Below are positions 8,800 through 18,642 of a DNA stretch of 32,000 nucleotides, one piece after another (position 1 is the stretch's first letter; every line of letters begins with the position of its first letter). Where the stretch lies: the NCBI GenBank assembly GCA_020632335.1, contig JACKFV010000001.1, positions 60,001 to 92,000 on the forward strand, read 5' to 3'. A model generated the notes under the pieces. That model ran no database searches and was not told the DNA's origin. It saw only the letters and a program-made list of their open reading frames with translations. Source of the stretch: Candidatus Saccharimonadota bacterium (GTDB lineage: Bacteria; Patescibacteriota; Gracilibacteria; UBA4473). The position numbers and the translations under genes were made by a program.

Positions 8800-9449
8800 G
8801 CCGCCATGCTATAGATCCCGCTCTGTTTGTCGAGCAGATTACGGCCCACTACCCGCACGAGAGGTGCCACCTGGACTGGGACACTACTCGCCCGTGGACC
8901 CTCCTCTTTGCGGTGATGCTCTCGGCCCAGTGTACTGACGCCCGGGTGAATAGGGTCACGCCGGTGCTCTTCCGGCAGTTTCCGGACCTCGAGGCTTATA
9001 TAGCCCAGCCACGGGAGCTGCTGGAACAGTGCATCCACAGTACGGGATTCTACCGGATGAAGGCCAGAAATATCCACCTGACTGCCGAGCAGCTGCTCAC
9101 CCAGCATAGGGGCACGGTGCCCGACACCATGGAGGAGCTGACCGCGCTGCCGGGGGTAGGGCGCAAGACGGCCAATGTGATCCTCTGGAACCTCTACGGG
9201 AAGAATGTGGGGTTTGTGGTAGATACCCACGTGAGCCGCATCGCCCAGCGCACCGGGCTGACGGAGCAGCACTCGCCCGAGAAGATAGAGCAAGACCTCA
9301 TGCGCCAGCTGCCACAAGAGGCCTGGGGAGAAATGAGCCACCGCCTGGTGCAGTTTGGCCGAGACACCTGCAAGGCGCCAGTGCCCCGGTGCAGTACGTG
9401 CTTCCTGGCTAGTAGCTGCCCGAAACGAAGCGTAGAGAAATCACGGTGA
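8793..9449 (+). CDS. nth: Endonuclease III (DNA glycosylase/AP lyase)
   Basis: HhH-GPD motif LTALPGVGRKTANVIL, VDTHVSRIAQR, and the C-terminal 4Fe-4S ligand pattern C-x6-C-x2-C-x5-C (CKAPVPRCSTCFLASSC). Confidence 0.9.
   Translation: MSRRHAIDPALFVEQITAHYPHERCHLDWDTTRPWTLLFAVMLSAQCTDARVNRVTPVLFRQFPDLEAYIAQPRELLEQCIHSTGFYRMKARNIHLTAEQLLTQHRGTVPDTMEELTALPGVGRKTANVILWNLYGKNVGFVVDTHVSRIAQRTGLTEQHSPEKIEQDLMRQLPQEAWGEMSHRLVQFGRDTCKAPVPRCSTCFLASSCPKRSVEKSR
8806..8833 (-). promoter_or_regulatory. Promoter of the M23 peptidase gene, leaderless geometry, embedded in nth
   Basis: On the minus strand: TCGACA, a 16-nt spacer, TAGCAT, 6 nt (ggcggc), then GTG 8799. Confidence 0.45.
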
Positions 9450-9486
9450 GGCTTCAGCAGCAGGCTTATTGCTCCACCGGGATGAA

Positions 9487-10609
9487 CTACACTCCCTCAA
9501 AGCGCTGGAGCACGGTAGGTGTATACACATCTCCGTTGGCGTCAAAGGAGATCACTCCCTGCAGCCCCGGGTAGTCCTGCAGCGCATAGAGCGCATCTCG
9601 TACCGCGTCGGCATCCGTGGTGCCCGCTACCGCAATAGCGTGATAGAGCATATCGACCGAGTCCCCAAATATAGCAATCTGGTCTGGCATAGAGGGTTCC
9701 GCTCCATAGCGTGCCCTATAGCGCTCTAAGAGTGCATTGCCCTGAGGTGTGGGCACTACATCAGCGCTATACACCCCCGGGAGTGAGGCCAGGTAGGAGA
9801 GATAGGTGTCCTCTGCTGTGATGGCACTCTTAGAGATATAGTCCATCACCAGAGGAAGCTGCAGCTGCTGCTCTTCCATCTGCTTCATGATCAGGTCAAA
9901 TTTCTTGGCTGTCTGCACTATGATGAAGATGGCTTCTGCGTCGGTATTTTTGATCCGGGTGAGGCGTGTGCGGAAGTCTGACTCCGACGAGAGGAAGGTC
10001 TCGGTATCCACCACCGTACCGGTATAGGCGCCCAGGATGGAGGCTCCCATACCAATCGCATAGTCGGTCTGCTCCTGTAGTACGGCTATCTTGCTATATT
10101 GCTGGTTCATAAAGCCGCTCAGTGCAGGAGCCTGAGAGGCCGCAACCCCATTAGTACGGAAGATATAGTCGCCCGCATGGGTAATCTCCGGACTGGCGGA
10201 AACCCCCATCATCACCACCCCGGCTCTCTCGGCTATGGGGGCTGCTGCCAAAGTCTCTCCGCTACACACCCCCCGAGGATCAGCGGCACTTTATCCACAT
10301 TAATGAGCTTCTGCGCGGCCATGCTGGCTTCTTTCGGGCTGCACTTTCCGTCCTCCCAGAGGAGCTCCACAGGGCGCCCGGCTATACCTCCTGCCGCATT
10401 CACCTCCTCGGTCATTAGGTTCCAGAGGTTAAATATCATCGTCCCATAGCTACCAGCCGCATCCCCCGTAAGGGGTCCTATGGCTCCGATGCGTATGGCG
10501 TCAGTGCCAGGCCCCACGGGGCTAGGGCTACTACCACAGCCAGCCAGAGTAGCCACTCCTATGAGGAGACATAACCGATATATATATATATATATATATG
10601 AGATTTCAT
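9487..10609 (-). pseudogene. LivJ/LivK-type (type I periplasmic binding protein) solute-binding lipoprotein, frame-disrupted at two simple repeats
   Basis: ORFs 10233-10763 and 9487-10269 join into one colinear binding protein (..VDKVPLILGG/VCSGETLAAAPIAERAGVVMMGVSASPEIT..). The lipobox LAGC follows a hydrophobic stretch. The only nearby ATG (10609) is out of frame because of (AT)11. A second shift occurs at a G6 run (plus-strand C 10269-10274). Confidence 0.7.
10578..10599. repeat. (AT)11 dinucleotide microsatellite
   Basis: Direct reading gives 22 nt of uninterrupted alternating A/T. It is the only such tract in the window. Confidence 0.95.
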
Positions 10610-10615
10610 CTGCAG

Positions 10616-10621
10616 AGAGTA
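10616..10621 (-). promoter_or_regulatory. -10-like hexamer upstream of the binding-protein ATG (leaderless geometry)
   Basis: On the minus strand: TACTCT, then 6 nt (ctgcag), then ATG 10609. A weak -35 candidate TTTACG lies 15 nt upstream. Confidence 0.35.
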
Positions 10622-10698
10622 CAAATACATACACAGCGTAAACGACAGCAATATTATTGCAAGTCCGTATCACGCAAAATACCAAGGATCCGGAGAGT

Positions 10699-13910
<3,212 letters not shown>

Positions 13911-13947
13911 CAGCAGTACAGGGTGAGGGGCACGGCGCTACTGGTCT

Positions 13948-13977
13948 ATTCTAGCACGATTCGGGGCACCGCGGCAA
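13948..13977 (-). promoter_or_regulatory. Candidate promoter of the pilB-like gene
   Basis: On the minus strand: TTGCCG, an 18-nt spacer, TAGAAT, then about a 30-nt leader to ATG 13910. Confidence 0.35.
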
Positions 13978-13994
13978 CCTCTCTGGCGGAAAAT

Positions 13995-15248
13995 CTAATG
14001 GCCCGTGGGGAGCGGAAACCGGGCACAGAGCGCCATCACCTCCGCCCGGAGCGACGCCTGCAGTGCGGTATCTGCGGGGCTTCTCAGCGCCAGAGTAATC
14101 ATCTCCGCTATGCGTGCCGCCGCTGCCTCGCCCATGCCACGGGTGGTCATCGCGGGCGTCCCCAGCCGTATCCCCGAGGGATCTAGCGGCCCACGGGGGT
14201 CATAGGGGGTTATGTTCTTATTCACCGTCAGGCCAATGCCCTCCAGTGCCTGCTCTGCCTGGCCGCCCGTCAGGCCTATACCGTGCTGGGTGACGTCGAT
14301 GAGCAGCATATGGTTATCCGTGCCACCATTCACGAGGCTCACCCCTGCGGTGTGGAAGGCACGCTCCATGGCCTTGGCATTGGCCAGTACCTGGTGCGCG
14401 TAGTCGCTAAACTCGGGCTGGAGTGCCTCCCCCAGTGCTACTGCCAGCGCCGCAATGCTGTGCATATGGGGTCCCCCCTGAAGCCCAGGGAAGACCGCTT
14501 TGTTCACCTGCTTAGCCAGCGCAGCATCACGGGTGAGGATCATCGCGCCTCGTGGCCCCCGGAGTGACTTGTGCGTGGTGGTGGTAAGGAGGGCAAACCC
14601 CGCGTCCAGAGGGTTGGGGAGCGCTCCCCCGGCTATCAGCCCCCCCAGGTGGCTCACATCCGCCAGCGTAAGGGCCCCCACCTGCTGCGCAATAGCCACA
14701 AACCGCGCGTAGTCCAGCGGCCGCGTGTAGCTGCTATACCCCGCGATGATCAGCCGCGGACGGTGCTCCTGGGCCAGGCGCTCCAGCGCGTCATAGTCTA
14801 TCTCCCCGGTAGTCACGTCCGCAATGCCATACCGCACAAAGTGGTATATCTGCGCCGAGAGCGTGACCGGGTGCCCGTGGGTCAGGTGCCCCCCACAGCT
14901 GAGGTCCATGCCCAGCACCGTATCTCCCGGACGGAGCACAGCGCTATACGCCGCCAGGTTAGCATTGGCGCCACTGAGCGGCTGGACATTAGCATACTCG
15001 CAGCGGAAAAGCTCACAGGCACGTTCCTGCGCCAGCGCCTCGATGGCATCGGTATACGCTTGCCCCCCATAGTAGCGCCGGCCGGGGTAGCCCTCCGCGT
15101 ACTTATTGATAAACGGCCCCGCCAGCGCCTCCAGCACCGCAGGGCTCACGTAGTTCTCTGACGGAATGAGCTCCAGCCCCTCCTGCTGGCGTTTAGCCTC
15201 GCTGAAGAGGATCTGTGCCGCGGTGGAGTCTTGGCTGATAAGCGTCAT
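13995..15248 (-). CDS. glyA: Serine hydroxymethyltransferase
   Basis: 417 aa with GGHLTHGH and the PLP-lysine motif TTTTHKSLRGPRG. Colinear with GlyA throughout. Confidence 0.95.
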   Translation of the reverse strand: MTLISQDSTAAQILFSEAKRQQEGLELIPSENYVSPAVLEALAGPFINKYAEGYPGRRYYGGQAYTDAIEALAQERACELFRCEYANVQPLSGANANLAAYSAVLRPGDTVLGMDLSCGGHLTHGHPVTLSAQIYHFVRYGIADVTTGEIDYDALERLAQEHRPRLIIAGYSSYTRPLDYARFVAIAQQVGALTLADVSHLGGLIAGGALPNPLDAGFALLTTTTHKSLRGPRGAMILTRDAALAKQVNKAVFPGLQGGPHMHSIAALAVALGEALQPEFSDYAHQVLANAKAMERAFHTAGVSLVNGGTDNHMLLIDVTQHGIGLTGGQAEQALEGIGLTVNKNITPYDPRGPLDPSGIRLGTPAMTTRGMGEAAAARIAEMITLALRSPADTALQASLRAEVMALCARFPLPTGH

Positions 15249-15254
15249 GTTGCC

Positions 15255-15282
15255 ACTCTAGCGCCTCCGCAGAACCTGACAA
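15255..15282 (-). promoter_or_regulatory. Promoter of glyA, leaderless geometry
   Basis: On the minus strand: TTGTCA, a 16-nt spacer, TAGAGT, 6 nt (ggcaac), then ATG 15248. Confidence 0.45.
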
Positions 15283-15288
15283 GGGAGG

Positions 15289-15316
15289 TTGACACCATGC
15301 CACAGCTGCCTAGGGT
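15289..15316 (+). promoter_or_regulatory. Promoter of tRNA-Ser
   Basis: TTGACA (15289-15294), a 16-nt spacer, TAGGGT (15311-15316), about 21 nt before the tRNA 5' end. It lies back-to-back with the glyA promoter. Confidence 0.5.
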
Positions 15317-15337
15317 GCGTGCGTTCTTTCTCTTTAC

Positions 15338-15427
15338 GGACAGGTGACAGAGTGGCCGAATGTGCTTCCCTGCTAAGGAAGTGTGCCCGTAAGGGTACCG
15401 AGGGTTCGAATCCCTCCCTGTCCGCCA
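15338..15427 (+). tRNA. tRNA-Ser (anticodon GCU), class II with long variable arm
   Basis: Acceptor GGACAGG/CCTGTCC, D arm ACA-GAGTGGCCGAA-TGT, anticodon arm CTTCC-CTGCTAA-GGAAG (anticodon GCT), variable arm TGTGCCCGTAAGGGTACC, T arm GAGGG-TTCGAAT-CCCTC, and G plus an encoded CCA. Length 90 nt. Confidence 0.9.
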
Positions 15428-15505
15428 CACCCAGGTTATTGGAAGACGAATAATAAACAGCACTTTGAAGGAGTTCCCGTCTCTCCAGCAGAACACATAC
15501 TCTCA

Positions 15506-15541
15506 CACCGAGGAGACGCATTTGTCTCCTCGGTGTTTTCT
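15506..15541 (+). terminator. Rho-independent terminator after tRNA-Ser
   Basis: Perfect 12-bp stem CACCGAGGAGAC-gcattt-GTCTCCTCGGTG followed by TTTTCT. It lies just beyond the stop of the convergent oxidase gene. Confidence 0.7.
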
Positions 15542-15547
15542 CTAGCG

Positions 15548-17281
15548 CTAATGGCCCCGCAGCGCCTCGGGGACGGTATACTCCCCCACCGTGAAGGGGA
15601 ACATCATGCCGCTGTGCAGGTGCTCGGCTATGTGGCAGTGGGCCATCCAGACTCCTGGGGTGGTGTTCTCGAGCAGAAGCCGGACGCGTTGCCCGGCCGG
15701 TATGAGCACCGTATCCTTCCACTGGAGGCTGCTATTAGGCTCTCCATCACGACTGAGCACCACAAACCGCTGCCCGTGGAAGTGTAGCGGGTGCTGCATG
15801 GGGTGCATGCTCTGGGGGTCGTTGTAGACCTCGATGACCACCCTCTCCCCTTCGGCAAAGCGCCAGTCTATCGCCTCATTTACCGCGCCGGTGTCTGTAT
15901 CTATCAGCTGCCAGGTAGTATTCTCACTCGTCGACATTCGGTTCATGGCCTCCATGGGGTCACTCCACTCTATGCCGTCTGTCTCTGTTGCCGCCTGCCC
16001 ATGCATCCTATGGCTCCCCATACCCTGCCCCATGCCAGGCATATCTATGCTCATGCGCAGGTGCTTCTCAGCCGGCTGTCCCTCCAGCGTAGCGATGTAC
16101 TGGCGCAACTCTGCGTAGTCGGCGCTGTTGTCTCGTAGGGTGTCAAAGAGGACGCGAGCGTCACTCTCCGCCGTACTACTCACCGTCACTGTGCCCAGCG
16201 TGACCGTGCCCTCTGGGGTGTTATTCCGGATGCTATAGCTGCCCGTCTCGGGGTAGTAGACCTCTAGTATCCACCGCTCAGCCGGGGCTATGGTGATCCC
16301 CTCGGGCCCCACCAGCTGCTCATGCTCTGCCCGCCCCAGGTCTCCACCGACCACCTTCATCTGCGCACCGTCTACTTGTAGTCGGAATGGTCGCGCGTTG
16401 GCGGTATTCGTCACGAAGTAGCGTACCGTCTCTCCCGCCTGCGCCGTTGCCTGGAAGGCCTGCTCATTATTCAGCAACTGCACACTGCCGTAGCGGCCCA
16501 TCATGGCGTGGTCTATGGTGTCGGTGCGGTAGGGCTCAAGGCTGAGATCATCGAGGATCCAGCTCTCCTCACGGACTCCCGCCGTCCAGTAGTCGGGCAT
16601 GCTCGGCTCTACGAGGTAGTTGCCATACAGGCCGCCGTCCTGCTGGCGGTCCTCCCGTACGTGGGGGTGGTACCAGAAGACCCCCGCATCCGGGAACTCC
16701 AGCGTATAACTGAAGGTCTGACCCGGCTGCACCGCGGGGGAGGGGTTGCCTGGTACGCCGTCCATGGTGTAGTCGCCGCGCAGTCCGTGGCTGTGGATGG
16801 TGGTTTCTTCGTCGATAGTATTGGTGAAGTGCAGGGTAATCTGGGCTCCCTGAGGCACCTGGAGTATCGGCCCGGGGATCATCTCGTTATACGCTAGCCG
16901 CCGGAGCGTCCGTCCGCCCACCTGCTGCTGTACAAATCCTGCGGTCAGGCCATAGCTGTCGCCATCACGCAGCGGTACCACTATGGGTTGCGTAGCATGA
17001 GGGAGGCCATCAGTACTGGTGTCATAGTGCTCTGGCAGCACAGACGAGGAAGCCTCATGCGGCGCTGCGTCCTTTAGTATCGGCTGCCCGTACTCGTCAA
17101 AGGTACAATCACCCATCCACATCCCCCCCATCTGGTGGCAGGGGAAGCCCCGCATAGCGTCCATCATGGCCGTCATGCTGGGGTCATCAGTACTGGTGGA
17201 GGGGGCTGGAGCTGGTGAAGTTCCCTGACCACAGCCGGTGAGAGCCGTAGCCAGAGCGAGAATAGAAGCGATTTTTCTCAT
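15548..17281 (-). CDS. Multicopper oxidase lipoprotein (CueO/CopA-like)
   Basis: All four copper-ligand motifs are present: HSHG, WYHPH, HPLHFHG and HCHIAEHLHSGMM. Lipoprotein signal MRKIASILALATALTGC, with start set at ATG 17281. Met/His-rich segments are also present. Confidence 0.9.
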   Translation of the reverse strand: MRKIASILALATALTGCGQGTSPAPAPSTSTDDPSMTAMMDAMRGFPCHQMGGMWMGDCTFDEYGQPILKDAAPHEASSSVLPEHYDTSTDGLPHATQPIVVPLRDGDSYGLTAGFVQQQVGGRTLRRLAYNEMIPGPILQVPQGAQITLHFTNTIDEETTIHSHGLRGDYTMDGVPGNPSPAVQPGQTFSYTLEFPDAGVFWYHPHVREDRQQDGGLYGNYLVEPSMPDYWTAGVREESWILDDLSLEPYRTDTIDHAMMGRYGSVQLLNNEQAFQATAQAGETVRYFVTNTANARPFRLQVDGAQMKVVGGDLGRAEHEQLVGPEGITIAPAERWILEVYYPETGSYSIRNNTPEGTVTLGTVTVSSTAESDARVLFDTLRDNSADYAELRQYIATLEGQPAEKHLRMSIDMPGMGQGMGSHRMHGQAATETDGIEWSDPMEAMNRMSTSENTTWQLIDTDTGAVNEAIDWRFAEGERVVIEVYNDPQSMHPMQHPLHFHGQRFVVLSRDGEPNSSLQWKDTVLIPAGQRVRLLLENTTPGVWMAHCHIAEHLHSGMMFPFTVGEYTVPEALRGH

Positions 17282-17347
17282 GGTAGAAGGGGAAAAAGAA
17301 AGCCTGGTGAAGAGAAAGCCCACCACGCAGAGGCCTGTGCCTCCCCT

Positions 17348-17776
17348 CTAGAGCAGCAACTGGGTGCTATCCCGCTCGGATTCTCGGCGGCTGGTAGCAT
17401 CTGGCGGAGAGAGCGAACACCGTCGCCACTGCGCCTGGCAGAGCGTTTCAGCGTCTTGTGGGGGAGTGATCTCTCGCCAAGTGGGCACTGCTAGAGCCAC
17501 CACTCCATGACGGGGCATCGGCATCGGCTCAGCGGTCATGATGGCGCTCCGTCCGTGGCCGTCTCGGCAGCAGAGAGGGGGCTCTGTGGGGATATCCCTC
17601 CCCGGGCAGCAGGGGGAGAGTGCTTCGCCCCCCGTATGTAGCAAGGCCATAACGTGTTGCTGGTGCGTACCAGTAGCTGCTGTGGGAGCGCTCACCGCCA
17701 AGACACTGCATATACTCCCCATGGTGAGCCACAGGGTAAGCAGCGTTCCCAGTGATTTTTTCAGCCAGTAGCCCAT
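17348..17776 (-). CDS. Hypothetical secreted Cys-pair/His/Met-rich protein (candidate metal-binding partner of the oxidase)
   Basis: 142-aa ORF on the oxidase strand, 66 nt upstream of it. It has an N-terminal signal-like segment (KKSLGTLLTLWLTMGSICSVLAVSA), then HQQH, CCPG, CCRDGH and MPMPRH. A -10-like TATACT sits 6 nt upstream of its ATG. No family recognised. Confidence 0.55.
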   Translation of the reverse strand: MGYWLKKSLGTLLTLWLTMGSICSVLAVSAPTAATGTHQQHVMALLHTGGEALSPCCPGRDIPTEPPLCCRDGHGRSAIMTAEPMPMPRHGVVALAVPTWREITPPQDAETLCQAQWRRCSLSPPDATSRRESERDSTQLLL

Positions 17777-17782
17777 ACTATA

Positions 17783-17788
17783 AGTATA
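17783..17788 (-). promoter_or_regulatory. -10-like hexamer of the Cys-pair protein gene (leaderless geometry)
   Basis: On the minus strand: TATACT, then 6 nt (tatagt), then ATG 17776. Confidence 0.4.
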
Positions 17789-17834
17789 GACGGCACTCTC
17801 AGGAGGGGAAGTTTTTCATGAGCAAAAGCAGGTG

Positions 17835-17863
17835 TTGACACCCGCCCACCGTGCCACTAGGGT
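17835..17863 (+). promoter_or_regulatory. Promoter of the HMA-MauE-like gene
   Basis: TTGACA (17835-17840), a 17-nt spacer, TAGGGT (17858-17863), 8 nt, then ATG 17872. The -10 hexamer is the same as in the tRNA-Ser promoter. Confidence 0.5.
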
Positions 17864-17871
17864 AATGGAGC

Positions 17872-18582
17872 ATGCACCACACCTACGCTGTCCATGGTAT
17901 GACCTGCTCCAGCTGCGCCCAGAGCGTCCGCGCGGCCCTGGAGTCCAGCCTGAACATCACCGCTGCCGTGGTGGACCTCAGCGCCAAGACCGTCACCATC
18001 ACCATGCAGGCGCCCATGGAGGTCGCCGCGCTGAATGCCCTCCTCCCCCCGAAGTACACCCTAACGCCCTTACCCGTGCCTACGGAGGCGCTGCCCGAGA
18101 AGTCTCTCAGGACCTACTGGCCACTGGTGCTGGTGGTGTTGTATATCATTGGTGGTACGCTGCACCTGAGCTGGCTGCGGGGCGCATTCCTCCCCTCTGC
18201 CATGATGATGGACTTCATGGGGCTCTTCTTTGTGGGGTTTGCGTTCTTCAAACTTCTGGACCTCAAAGGCTTTGCCATGAGCTACCGCAGCTATGATATC
18301 CTCACCCGGCGCTGGCCCGTGTGGGGCTACATCTACCCCTTTGTGGAGCTAGCGCTGGGGCTACTCTACCTGCGCCAGATAGCCCCCCTGTGGACGAGCG
18401 CTGCCACTGTGGTGGTCATGGGGTTCAGTATCATCGGGGTCATCCAGAGCGTACGGCAAAGGCGTGCCATCAAGTGCGCCTGCCTGGGCACCGGGTTTAA
18501 CCTGCCTATGAGCACCATCACCATCATTGAGGACGCCCTCATGATCCTCATGGCGCTGTGGATGGGGTTCTCTAGCCTCTAG
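17872..18582 (+). CDS. Heavy-metal-associated (HMA) domain fused to a MauE/DoxX-like multi-pass membrane domain
   Basis: N-terminal ferredoxin-like HMA motif YAVHGMTCSSCAQSV (CxxC). The C-terminal half has about 4 predicted TM helices ending with the KCACLGTGFNLP Cys pair, as I recall for MauE-family proteins. Confidence 0.7.
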   Translation: MHHTYAVHGMTCSSCAQSVRAALESSLNITAAVVDLSAKTVTITMQAPMEVAALNALLPPKYTLTPLPVPTEALPEKSLRTYWPLVLVVLYIIGGTLHLSWLRGAFLPSAMMMDFMGLFFVGFAFFKLLDLKGFAMSYRSYDILTRRWPVWGYIYPFVELALGLLYLRQIAPLWTSAATVVVMGFSIIGVIQSVRQRRAIKCACLGTGFNLPMSTITIIEDALMILMALWMGFSSL

Positions 18583-18604
18583 CAGCGGGTGGGGGTATTT
18601 TAGA

Positions 18605-18632
18605 TTGCAGTGCAGCTGCGCCTCCCTACACT
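18605..18632 (+). promoter_or_regulatory. Candidate promoter of the helicase gene
   Basis: TTGCAG (18605-18610), a 16-nt spacer, TACACT (18627-18632), 10 nt, then ATG 18643. Confidence 0.4.
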
Positions 18633-18642
18633 GGGGCTAGCA

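Noticed and set aside
10291-10299. Perfect DnaA-box consensus TTATCCACA, with gyrB and yidD nearby
   Set aside because: It is a single box inside the frame-disrupted binding-protein gene. Only degenerate TTATCC-containing 9-mers occur elsewhere, and they are scattered. No AT-rich unwinding element or box cluster is present, so there is no evidence for oriC.
10640-10652. 13-bp palindrome GCAATAATATTGC between gyrB and the binding-protein gene
   Set aside because: It could be an operator or a small gyrB terminator stem. However, it is a single short dyad without a partner site or T-tract, so the evidence is insufficient.
15245-15722. Minus-strand ORFs (83 and 154 aa) covering the tRNA-Ser region
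   Set aside because: They overlap a canonical tRNA, its promoter and its terminator, and there is no coding signal.
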